A stretch of DNA of 24,980 bases, from the NCBI GenBank assembly GCA_030066135.1, contig JASJCD010000018.1, positions 1-24,980 on the forward strand. Direction: 5' to 3'. The notes below the pieces were generated by a model. That model saw only the letters and a list, made by a program, of their open reading frames with translations. It ran no database searches and was not told the origin of the DNA. Positions 17,303 to 24,835 of the stretch are shown piece after piece (positions within the stretch are counted from its first letter, which is position 1; each line of letters starts with the position of its first letter). The position numbers were made by a program, and so were the translations under genes. This stretch comes from Desulfobacterales bacterium. Its GTDB lineage: Bacteria; Desulfobacterota; Desulfobacteria; Desulfobacterales; UBA5852.

Positions 17303-17618
17303 GACCTGGCCCCACGGCAGCGGATGCACCGCCGGTCGTATCCGCTGCCATTTACGGAAACCACAACCCCGGCGGCTTTCAGCAGGCCACCTGCCGGAAG
17401 CCGCCGCTAAAAACGAGAAGCATTTTTAAGGTTGATTATCTTTCTCTGCTCTGATATCGACCCGAACAAATTTATCCGTAAGCAAAACAAGGTTCGCGTT
17501 ATGAAACCAGGATTTGAACATACATACCAGTTGGATAGAAACCGCGGCGGGAACGGCAGTGGTCTATATTCCCGCAGGCATGGCGATGGATAGCGCGAAC
17601 ACCACATAGAATTTGGTT

Positions 17619-17650
17619 GGGGCTATCGCATCGATAGCCCCTTTTGTTTT
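17619..17650 (+). terminator. Rho-independent terminator (GGGGCTATCG-CAT-CGATAGCCCC then TTTTGTTTT)
   Basis: Perfect 10-bp GC-rich stem with 3-nt loop and a U-run, seen directly. Confidence 0.7.
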
Positions 17651-17669
17651 CAGCAATCGCAGACGACAA

Positions 17670-17708
17670 AGCCGGAAGGGGTACAACGCCCCTCCGGCTT
17701 TTTGTTTA
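17670..17708 (+). terminator. Second tandem rho-independent terminator (AGCCGGAAGGGG-tacaacg-CCCCTCCGGCT then TTTTTGTTT)
   Basis: 11-12-bp stem with one bulge, followed by a T-run. Together with the terminator at 17619-17650 it closes the rtcB-SPFH transcription unit. Confidence 0.6.
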
Positions 17709-17852
17709 TGAAGTCCGCATCCGAAAAAGACTGAGACGACCCTCAGCGCCGTATGAAATGAAATGCAACAGGCATTATCGTGCGCGGTTGGATGCACCGA
17801 CTTCACTGGCGTCGCAGCTTTAACAAGAGGGTCTGGGGGATATGGTGGCCTG

Positions 17853-18176
17853 GGGGGGCTAATACAGATTTTAAGGCCTCAGGTAGCTTCCCGTATGCTT
17901 GGTCGATCTGTTGGGGTTTGCTTTTTCCCCTTTGTAGGCACCGAGGCATTGAACGGAGCAGGCCCGCGGACTGTCTGAGCGCAGCGAGTTTCCGCGGGAC
18001 CCGTTCAATGCATTGACGCGCAGGATTAAGCGGGACACGGGCGGTTTCTTTTGGTTCGTTTTCTTTAACGCTAAAGAAAATGAACTAATCAAACCCTGAA
18101 GCCATGCTACGGACCGGTAGAACCTCTTCGAAGTCTCGACCAGAGGTGCAGGGTTTGGATCAAAACAAGCCTGACT
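17853..18176 (+). repeat. Repeat family A, full copy (about 320 bp), unclassified structured element
   Basis: About 85% identical to 21521-21832. Shared blocks: GCTTGGTC-ATCTGTTG, TTTTTCCCCTTTG, GACTGTCTGAGCGNAGCGAGTTTCCGCG, GGATTAAGCGGGACACGGGCGGTTTCTTTTGGTTCGTTTTCTTT, AAAGAAAATGAAC, ACCAGAG-TG-AGGGTTT-GATCA. Contains an AU-rich extended hairpin (GGTTTCTTTTGGTTCGTTTTCTTTA-ACGC-TAAAGAAAATGAACTAATCAAACC). Overlaps the 5' end of the ORF at 18104. Confidence 0.7.
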
Positions 18177-18499
18177 ATGTTTTAAATCGATTTGATGGAA
18201 CCTGCAACTTTTCTGCAGTTGAAATGTCGAAACTTGCCACCTCATCCACGGAGGCTAATTTTTGGATTAGACGTCACTTTAACTTCAAACCTATTTTTAA
18301 GTCGGGCAGGGGGTCGGTCTTGGCGGGAAGGTTCGGTAAATACGGCGATCTCAAGCGCCGCCGGGCGCTGCAGCGGGGCCGCCGGGCAAAGGCCCGGCTG
18401 GCCGGAGCATCCACCGCGGCCCGACAAAACCGCCGGCAAGTCCTTTCCGCCGCGCACACCCCTTTGCAATCCGCTGCCCGGAAGACGCACAAGACCGCG

Positions 18500-19015
18500 G
18501 TGGTCATCATTCCCCCCGATGACCTCTGGGCCCCCATCCAGGCCCTGCGCCAGGCGTACGACCGCAATTCCCGGCGTTGGATGCCGCATATCACGCTCCT
18601 CTACCCTTTTCGGCCACGGTCCGCGTTTGGGCAGGTCGCCCCTGCACTGGCGCAGACCTGTCGTCTGATAAAGCCGTTTGAGGTGCGTCTGCAACGCTTC
18701 GATTTTTTCGTGCACGGCTCCCGCAGCGCCACCTTCTACCTGGCCCCCGAACCGGCCAGTGCGCTCAGAGCGCTGCAGCGGGGCCTGCTGGAAAAGGTGC
18801 CCGACTGCAGCGACACGGGCCGGTTTGACGGCGGGTTCATCCCCCACCTCAGCCTGGGTCAGGCGCGCAGCCGGGAGGTCGAAGCCTTGTGCCGCCGATG
18901 GCAGGCCACCTGGCGTCCCCTGGCCTTCACCCTGGAAAAGGTCCACCTGATCTGGCGCAACGATCCGCCGGACGACATCTTTCGACACGGGCCGGTGCTG
19001 CCGCTGGGTCCATAA
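18500..19015 (+). CDS. 2H phosphoesterase superfamily protein (LigT/ThpR-like RNA 2',3'-cyclic phosphodiesterase / 2'-5' RNA ligase family)
   Basis: Two H-x-T/S-x motifs (PHITLLYPF and PHLSLGQ) with LigT-like spacing. The ORF is open from 18104, but its N-terminal 130 aa are Arg-rich low-complexity sequence overlapping repeat A. The start is placed at GTG 18500 to give a LigT-sized 171-aa product. An alternative TTG at 18320 is preceded by AGGGGG. Start is uncertain. Confidence 0.6.
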   Translation: MVIIPPDDLWAPIQALRQAYDRNSRRWMPHITLLYPFRPRSAFGQVAPALAQTCRLIKPFEVRLQRFDFFVHGSRSATFYLAPEPASALRALQRGLLEKVPDCSDTGRFDGGFIPHLSLGQARSREVEALCRRWQATWRPLAFTLEKVHLIWRNDPPDDIFRHGPVLPLGP

Positions 19016-19020
19016 AAACC

Positions 19021-19271
19021 AGCTGATGTTCTCACGCCAAGCCGCTCAGCGCGACAGAAAACCTTATACCTCACGCAAAGTCGCTAAGCTCGCAAAGGAC
19101 AGCACGTTTATTTATCTTGGCCTCCGGTCAATGCAAACCATTTCAATTTCTGGATTTAATCAAATCAGAAATTGAAATATCTGTTCTTGAGTAGTGCTTT
19201 GCGCCTTTGCGCCTCCGCGTGAGATATGCTTTTTACAGTTTCCATGCGATACTTGGCGTCTTGGCGTGGGG
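19021..19271 (+). repeat. Repeat family B, copy 1 (about 250 bp structured palindromic element)
   Basis: 5' arm has two TCACGC(C)AAG-CGC-AAGC-type subrepeats. Small hairpin TTGGCC-TCC-GGTCAA (19117-19131). Long hairpin ATTTCAATTTCTGGATT-taatca-AATCAGAAATTGAAAT (19140-19179). 3' arm CTTTGCGCCTTTGCGCCTCCGCGTGAG plus CTTGGCGTCTTGGCGTGGGG is the imperfect reverse complement of the 5' arm. Starts 6 nt after the stop of the 2H gene and ends about 120 nt before the 19393 start. Confidence 0.7.
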
Positions 19272-19392
19272 CTATGCCGTTTTAAGTACCACGTGTCAGG
19301 TCGGACAAGCTTCAACCGACAAACTGTCAATGCACCGTTTAACGCATCAGCTCGCGCGAGCCTGAGCAGAATTTTGAAGGGAGTTTAGAGAG

Positions 19393-19890
19393 ATGAGAAT
19401 ACTAACCGCCATCATCGTATTGGCGTTTTGCGCCAGCGCCTATGGCAGCCAGACCGCACAGAATCCCGAGGAGGTCGGCAACGTCAACTGGGGGCGGGAT
19501 TTCGATGCGGCCCTCCAGATGAGCGCTGCCTCCGGCAAGCCCGTGCTGGTCCTGTTTCAGGAAGTTCCGGGCTGACCGGGGGTACGCGCGTTCGGCCGTG
19601 AAGTGCTGACCAACCCCCAGCTGGTAAAGGCCATCGAGGAAGAATTCATCCCGATGCTCGTCTACAACAACCGCAGCGGCGGCATGGACCGTGAACTGCT
19701 GGAGCGCTATGGCGAGCCCACCTGGAACTTTCAGGTGATCCGCTTTCTGGATGCCGAAGGAGAGGACATCATTCCCCGCAAGGACCGCGTCTGGACCACG
19801 AGCGGCGTGGCCCGGCGCATGGTCAAGACCCTCAGGGTCGTCAAACGCCCGGTGCCGGATTACCTGGAAAACCTCGCCGGAAACGAATGA
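19393..19890 (+). CDS. Periplasmic thioredoxin-fold protein (Thioredoxin_7 / DsbD-gamma-like) with in-frame TGA at 19573-19575: candidate selenoprotein, otherwise a nonsense-disrupted pseudogene
   Basis: Two track ORFs (19393-19575 and 19603-19890) are in the same frame, separated only by the TGA. The joined product is signal peptide (MRILTAIIVLAFCASAYG) + GKPVLVLFQEVPG-U-PGVRAF... + ...ELLERYGEPTWNFQVIRFLDAEGED. This aligns by eye to DsbD-gamma GKPVMLDLYADWCVACKEF...[22 protein letters not shown], with the TGA falling at the first Cys of the CxxC. RBS GAAGGGAG upstream. Confidence 0.55.
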
Positions 19891-20224
19891 CAACCCCTTC
19901 CCGAATCCGGATAGGTGCTAGAGCATATCGTCATCGGCGTCTCTTGTTTCCCCAGCGGGACGTCTACATGCACCCCCTTCCGACCGATGCTTCTGGTTCG
20001 CCTAAAAGGGTTCAAAATGATCGTAGAAGTCGGGCGTGCAAGGGGCCGGGGCATCGTCCCTGACAGGCGCGCATCGAGACCACCAGCGGTTAGGCTCAAC
20101 GAACAACCCAAAACCGTGGCAAACGCCCGGTTCCGGCTGACCTGCAAATCCTCGCAGGAATCCATTGACGGCATCCGTCAGATCAACACCGAGACCAAGG
20201 TGCCTATCAGGGACTGGTCTCTGC

Positions 20225-20431
20225 CTATTCCAGTTTAAAGGAGACTTTCAATTTGGTGCGATAGCCGACGATGCGGTTGTCCTCCAGGCGCATGTCCATT
20301 TGAACCACTTCCGCCACGCGGATGTCGCGAATGGAGCGGTCGACCGCACGCACGGCCGCCTTGGCTGCATCTTCCCAGGACTTTTCGGAAAACCCCACGA
20401 CTTCGATAACTTTGTAGACAGCATCATCCAT
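20225..20431 (-). CDS. Dodecin (small flavin-binding protein), 68 aa
   Basis: MDDAVYKVIEVVGFSEKSWEDAAKAAVRAVDRSIRDIRVAEVVQMDMRLEDNRIVGYRTKLKVSFKLE fits the dodecin family pattern (YKVIExVGxSxxSWEDA...LRDLRVAEV...YR.KLKVSF.LE). RBS GGAAAGGAG before the ATG. The track ORF 20225-21217 is an artefactual upstream extension. Confidence 0.8.
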   Translation of the reverse strand: MDDAVYKVIEVVGFSEKSWEDAAKAAVRAVDRSIRDIRVAEVVQMDMRLEDNRIVGYRTKLKVSFKLE

Positions 20432-20615
20432 GACAATCTCCTTTCCAAGTCGGATAAAGTTAATAGGAACCTGCTCTGCTTTTAAATGCTTTAAAAGGTT
20501 TGATCTGTTTTTGTGGTGAGACGAGCGACGTCGAAGAATCAATATGCGCTTTACTATAGTTAGGATCGCAAATCCCGAAATCAACATCCATGCATTCAAA
20601 TAGATAGAACGGACC

Positions 20616-21308
20616 TCAGGGACATGCAAACCTGTCGCGACCGTTGCGACGCAGCTGCGAGAAAAGCTCTCCGGCGGTAACGATCCGGGTGGCAACGGGC
20701 GTGCCGGTGGCGGCGATGGCCCTCGCCGCCCAGGTGTTGCAGGTGTTGAAGAGGTGAAAGGAACCTTGGGCGCGGTAAAAGCGGCTGGTGCCGTAGAGGC
20801 CCGGCCCCAGGGGGATGACCTCACCTTCCGGTCCGCGCGCGAAACTATCCCGGATGAAATCCAGCAGGCGCCCATAGGCGGATTGGCTGACGCATATATT
20901 AACGACCTCGCTGGCCGCAAAATAACGCGCCGGGTCCCCGGAAAAGCCCACGACGTGCATGACGCTGGCCGTGGGCCACAGGGCCGCCCGCAGGGCAAGG
21001 CCCGTTGAGGGCTCATCCGCCTGGTAGAAACGCGCATCCCCCCAGCCGATCTCGAGGTGCGCGGCACCGGAAAAATCCGCGCCAAGCAGGGGCAACCAGG
21101 ATGCCATTTCATTCTGGCCGACCACGATGCCCACGTGCCAGCCGTGCTTGACGACCTGAAATACTTTGCGTCGTTCTTCTTCGGGAGCGGTGCGCGGGGA
21201 GACCTCAGGGGCTGCACAGCCCGATGTGATGGCGATCAGCAGCGCCAGGCCGTAAAGGATACGCTTGAAATACCCCAGGCATCCGCGCTTGGTCATCTTG
21301 GTGTGCAT
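20616..21308 (-). CDS. DUF2459-like lipoprotein (TIGR02117-type conserved hypothetical)
   Basis: 230 aa. Lipoprotein signal LALLIAITSG-C. Conserved-looking blocks WHVGIVV, HLEIGWGD, and C-terminal NTCNTWAARAI. Family call is from memory, moderate confidence. Confidence 0.6.
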   Translation of the reverse strand: MHTKMTKRGCLGYFKRILYGLALLIAITSGCAAPEVSPRTAPEEERRKVFQVVKHGWHVGIVVGQNEMASWLPLLGADFSGAAHLEIGWGDARFYQADEPSTGLALRAALWPTASVMHVVGFSGDPARYFAASEVVNICVSQSAYGRLLDFIRDSFARGPEGEVIPLGPGLYGTSRFYRAQGSFHLFNTCNTWAARAIAATGTPVATRIVTAGELFSQLRRNGRDRFACP

Positions 21309-21520
21309 AGCAGCATAGTCGTCCCCGCAACCAATCTCAAAAATAATCCAAGTGCCCCTATATGCGTTATGATCCTACTCTTGGCAAAACCGTAGGGTCC
21401 CTGCCCTGCGAACCTGCATACATGTTAAATGCATGCTCCGCTTTCTCGTCGTCTCACGCCTTGCCAGGAACCCTAAGCTTAAATATGAGATAGGTTCTCT
21501 GTAAGGCTTCTTACGCAGAG

Positions 21521-21832
21521 CGGGGGGCCCCAGCTAGCCGCCCACAGGGGGCTTGGTCAATCTGTTGAGGTATAGGTTTTTCCCCTTTGTCCCGCGCCGA
21601 GCATCGACACGGCGGGCGGAATCAGCGCGCGGACTTGTCTGAGCGAAGCGAGTTTCCGCGCGCGCCGCTCGTTGGGGCGACGCACAGGATTAAGCGGGAC
21701 ACGGGCGGTTTCTTTTGGTTCGTTTTCTTTGCCGGGAAAGAAAATGAACAAACATAACAATAAAATCAGATCACGGATCGGTCCAAACTCGCTGGGTCCT
21801 CCACCAGAGATGGAGGGTTTAGATCACGACTA
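21521..21832 (+). repeat. Repeat family A, full copy 2 (about 310 bp)
   Basis: See 17853-18176. Hairpin loop differs (GCCGGG versus ACGC) with stems preserved. A distal hairpin CCTCCA-ccagaga-TGGAGG replaces CCTCT-tcgaagtctcgacc-AGAGG, keeping ACCAGAG in the loop. Lies between the DUF2459 and PEBP genes. Confidence 0.7.
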
Positions 21833-21864
21833 AACATGGGCGTCCTGTTGATGCGGCCCGGCGG

Positions 21865-22341
21865 CTACTGCCCCTTGGCATAGGTTCCCACCAGCTCCGC
21901 CCGTGCAAGAATGTGTCCCTGCATGGCCGCCTCCACCTGGGCCTTGGTGGGATTGCCCAGGCCCTCCAGGCGCGTGTCCAGGGCATAGAGCTTGTGGAAA
22001 TACCGATGGCGCCCGATCGGCGGGCAGGGCCCCCCGTAGCCGGTCCGCTGCCAGTCGTTCAATCCTTCCCCGGTGCCGGCCGGCAGATCGCGGTCCGCCA
22101 CGTCCTGCGCCAGGCCAGCATCCCCGGCCGGCAGGTTGAAGAGCACCCAGTGAACCCATGTCATCTTGGGCGCTTTGGGGTCCGGTGCGTCGGGATCGTC
22201 GACGATCAGCACCAGGCTGCGGGCATCGGCGGGCACTCCCGACCATGCCAGGGGCGGGGACACGTCCTGCCCCTCGCAGGTATACTGCTTCGGGATGGCG
22301 TCGCCGTCTTTGAAGGCCTCCGACTCGATTTTCATTGCCAT
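21865..22341 (-). CDS. YbhB/YbcL-family phosphatidylethanolamine-binding (PEBP / Raf-kinase-inhibitor-like) protein
   Basis: 158 aa from MAMKIES with RBS AAAGGAGAGG. Family blocks PPLAWSGVP, LVLIVDDPDAPDP, WVHWVLFNLPA, GYGGPCPPIGRHRYFHKLYALD. Confidence 0.85.
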   Translation of the reverse strand: MAMKIESEAFKDGDAIPKQYTCEGQDVSPPLAWSGVPADARSLVLIVDDPDAPDPKAPKMTWVHWVLFNLPAGDAGLAQDVADRDLPAGTGEGLNDWQRTGYGGPCPPIGRHRYFHKLYALDTRLEGLGNPTKAQVEAAMQGHILARAELVGTYAKGQ

Positions 22342-22908
22342 GTCGCCTCTCCTTTCGATCACGGGCCGCCCGGCAGGATCAGGCCGCCGGCCACCGCCGG
22401 GATCATGATGCTGAATTAAAGCAATATAATCATGATGACCACGCCCGGTGTATTGGCAGCCCCGACATCGACGGATGCGTCTGTCGATGGTATTCTGCGA
22501 CCTGGCCCGTCATGCATTGCCTTATCGTATCGATAATCAAAACTTTGCCCCAGATTCATTCCCGCCGCTGTTTTCCAGCTGGACAAAACGTGTCACTCCA
22601 CCTGACATATCATGTCCAGCCGTCCGCGAACCGGTCACGCCTAAAAATCCTTACCGCCTGATATCAATGTACAATCTGGACATCCACCAATACGGCACAG
22701 GATTTGCTTCAGATATAAGCGGATAAAATGAGTTAAGTCGATGATATGCACCCAACAAATCAACATGATGCATGGATATTGAAACCATATCGATATGGGG
22801 GCCACCGTGAGAAGTGCATTCGATTTTTTTGATATCGTGTCGGTCGTCATCGTTCTAACGGCCGTTCTTCGACTGAGCACCGTCAATTAGCGCAAACCAC
22901 AATCAGGG

Positions 22909-23106
22909 ATCACGCCAGACCGCAAAGCGCGACAGAAAACTTTATATTGGACGCCAAGCCGCGAAGCTCGCAAAGAAAATCAAAAGTTTTTATTTGGCCT
23001 CCGGCCAATGCAAACGGTTACCTTTTCTGGAATCGGAAGATTCAGAAAAGGTAACAATCCGTTCTTAAGCAGTTCTTTGCGCCTTTGCGACTCCGCGTGA
23101 GGAATG
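22909..23106 (+). repeat. Repeat family B, copy 2 (about 200 bp)
   Basis: TCACGCCAGACCGCAAAGCGCGACAG + GGACGCCAAGCCGCGAAGCTCGCAAAG arm. Small hairpin TTGGCC-TCC-GGCCAA (22994-23008). Long hairpin GTTACCTTTTCTGGAATC-ggaa-GATTCAGAAAAGGTAAC (23027-23055). 3' arm CTTTGCGCCTTTGCGACTCCGCGTGAGG. About 190 nt upstream of the 23295 gene. Confidence 0.7.
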
Positions 23107-23294
23107 CAGTTACCCGGCCCCGGGCCGGAGCCCCCGCCATTTCCCGGACCTTGAACCAGGATCATCATAGAGCCGCAGCCCCCGTTTTCCGGAATAAACC
23201 TGACTTGTTGACTTGACAGGTTTTTCGTCCTACACACGATATGTCTCCACGTGATGGCAACGATTGCTTATAGACCCTTTTTCTGTCAGCCGGC

Positions 23295-23675
23295 ATGAGT
23301 ATCGTATATTCCTTTGAAGACGATTATGTCCTCGTGACCCCCATTGGTTTCAATACCTTTGAAGACGTCTCCACGGCTTTCGAGATGATCGCGGCCGCCC
23401 CGGCTTCCAATCGACCCGCCAGGGTGCTTTTCGACGGGCGCCAGACCAACTACGGCCCGCCGGGTGAAGAGCTTGAAATGCTGGCCGAGTTTCTGGGAAG
23501 ACACGATGCTTACCGCGGCAGCCGTTGGGCCATCATCGCGATCCCGGATACCCTGGTGTTCGCACTCAGCCGCATGTATACCGCTCTGGCCGAAGACCAT
23601 GGCATGTACGCCGAAACCTTTACCGATTTCGAGGCCGGCCGCGCATGGCTCATGCAGCCCCAGGCCGCCCATTGA
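23295..23675 (+). CDS. Hypothetical protein, 126 aa (possible STAS/SpoIIAA-like fold; tentative)
   Basis: Clean ORF with sensible composition. No family recognised with confidence. Flanked by family B copies 2 and 3. Confidence 0.5.
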   Translation: MSIVYSFEDDYVLVTPIGFNTFEDVSTAFEMIAAAPASNRPARVLFDGRQTNYGPPGEELEMLAEFLGRHDAYRGSRWAIIAIPDTLVFALSRMYTALAEDHGMYAETFTDFEAGRAWLMQPQAAH

Positions 23676-23717
23676 GTCGATCCGTCCCCTCGCCTCCATG
23701 AGGCCGCCAAGCCTGAA

Positions 23718-24022
23718 AAGAAAGACAACTCCAAAGCTCACGCCAAGCCGCAAAGCTCGCAATGGAAAGCTATTGGTTTTAGTTCCTCGGTCGCAGACCG
23801 ATGCAAGCCGTTACCTTTTCTGGAATCCAAAGGATTCAGAAAAGGTAACTATCTGTTCTTAGGCAGTTCTTTGCGCCTTTGCGTCTTTGCGTGAGGCATG
23901 CTGTTAGCAGTTTCAACTTGGTCCCTGGAGCATTAGCGTCTGTCGTCTCCGCGTGAGATATGCTTCTCGCAGTTACTATGCAGTTCGCGGTGTATTCGCG
24001 TGAGGTAAGGGAAGGTAAAGGC
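23718..24022 (+). repeat. Repeat family B, copy 3 (about 300 bp)
   Basis: GAAAGACAACTCCAAAGCTCACGCCAAGCCGCAAAGCTCGCAA arm. Small hairpin TCGGTC-GCA-GACCGA (23787-23801), a different sequence giving the same structure. Long hairpin GTTACCTTTTCTGGAATCC-aaa-GGATTCAGAAAAGGTAAC (23810-23849). 3' arm has three GCGTGAG subrepeats and ends GTGAGGTAAGGGAAGG. Starts 43 nt after the 23675 stop and ends at the stop of the convergent 24043 gene. Confidence 0.7.
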
Positions 24023-24042
24023 AGCGCCGGACCTCGCTGGCA

Positions 24043-24474
24043 TCATCCGCCGGGCTTGCCGGCCATGATAGCATCCTTGATCATGGCATCGAGCCTGTCC
24101 ATCATTTTGTGTTTGAAGCCCAGCCGCTTGGCATCGGCGAGATAGGCCCCCGCCTTGTCGGGGTCGTTTCGAAAGCGCATATGCACCACGGCCAGATCCC
24201 AGTAGGGCGCGGCAAGGTAGGGGTCGAGAGCAATGGCTTCCTCGAAAAGCGCGCACATCGTATCGATCTGCTCCGGTGATGGCGCAATGCCGGCCTGGTC
24301 GCAAGCCGTCATGATGGCCTCCCCTTTGCCTCCACGCGCCCTGGCGGCCCGCAGCTTCAAGTCAGGATTGTCGGGATCCTTCTCCCGGAACCGGTCCACA
24401 TAGGCAATCGCATCGTCCTGGCGCCCGGCCTTGAGCATTTCCGCATATTCAAGCTTATCGAATTCTTCGCCCAT
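24043..24474 (-). CDS. Hypothetical protein, 143 aa (helical, possibly TPR-like)
   Basis: ORF with RBS GGAAAGGTAAGT before the ATG. Lys/Asp-rich helical composition. No family recognised. Confidence 0.5.
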   Translation of the reverse strand: MGEEFDKLEYAEMLKAGRQDDAIAYVDRFREKDPDNPDLKLRAARARGGKGEAIMTACDQAGIAPSPEQIDTMCALFEEAIALDPYLAAPYWDLAVVHMRFRNDPDKAGAYLADAKRLGFKHKMMDRLDAMIKDAIMAGKPGG

Positions 24475-24513
24475 ACTTACCTTTCCATATCTTCGATTAA
24501 CTGACAGCTAACA

Positions 24514-24835
24514 GAGAAAGACAACTTCAGGTTTCACGCCAAGCCGCAAAGCACGCCAGAAAAGCAACAACATTTCTCACGCAAAGCCGCCAAGCCCGCA
24601 AAAAAAACCAATATGTTATCTTTCGGCCTTCGGCCGAAGCATCCCGTTACCTTTTCTGGAATCCAACGGATTCAGAAAAGGTAACAATCTGTTCGCAGCC
24701 GTTCTTTGCGCCTTAGCGTCTTTGCGTGACAAATATGGCCGTTAATGCTTTATCTGCGTTCATCTGTGTCAATCTGCGGCCAACTAATCTGTTCTTGTGC
24801 CTCAGCATCATGGCGTGAGGCAAGGGAAAAAAAAG
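24514..24835 (+). repeat. Repeat family B, copy 4 (about 320 bp)
   Basis: AGAGAAAGACAACTTCAGGTTTCACGCCAAGCCGCAAAGCACGCC + TCACGCAAAGCCGCCAAGCCCGCAAAAAAAA arm. Small hairpin TTCGGCC-TTC-GGCCGAA (24622-24638). Long hairpin GTTACCTTTTCTGGAATCC-aac-GGATTCAGAAAAGGTAAC (24646-24685). 3' arm CTTTGCGCCTTAGCGTCTTTGCGTGAC ... CATGGCGTGAGGCAAGGGAAAAAAAAGGGG. About 40 nt upstream of the divergent start of the 24474 gene. Confidence 0.7.

Noticed and set aside
17871-18245. 124-aa minus-strand ORF inside repeat A (partly echoed by 21557-21760 in the other copy).
   Set aside because: The frame is not conserved across the two repeat copies (indels shift it) and the composition is non-coding-like. The repeat is treated as non-coding.
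20016-20238. 74-aa plus-strand ORF (MIVEVGRARGRGIV...) between the thioredoxin-fold gene and dodecin. A similar 35-aa ORF lies at 17501-17608 before the double terminator.
   Set aside because: Weak RBSs, no family resemblance, Arg-rich composition. The first overlaps the dodecin 3' end. Possibly small peptides, but there is no support from sequence alone.
20225-21217. 330-aa minus-strand ORF from the track.
   Set aside because: Only the C-terminal 68 aa (from the internal Met with a good RBS) looks like a real protein (dodecin). The upstream 260 aa is Pro/Arg/Ser-rich low-complexity sequence overlapping the DUF2459 gene in another frame.
23213-23241. Sigma70-like promoter TTGACA-N17-ACGATA upstream of the 23295 gene.
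   Set aside because: Good -35 but a poor -10 hexamer at every reasonable spacing. Mentioned only as a possibility.
19021-24835. CRISPR array interpretation of the recurring family B units.
   Set aside because: Units are 200-320 bp, irregularly spaced with whole genes between them, are internally palindromic, and have no short direct repeat/spacer periodicity. Not CRISPR.
19021-24835. Integron attC sites (family B) marking gene cassettes.
   Set aside because: Elements are longer than attC sites (57-141 bp). I could not find RYYYAAC/GTTRRRY core sites at the arm ends. The flanked genes are in both orientations. The cassette-like placement is kept as a finding, but not the attC call.
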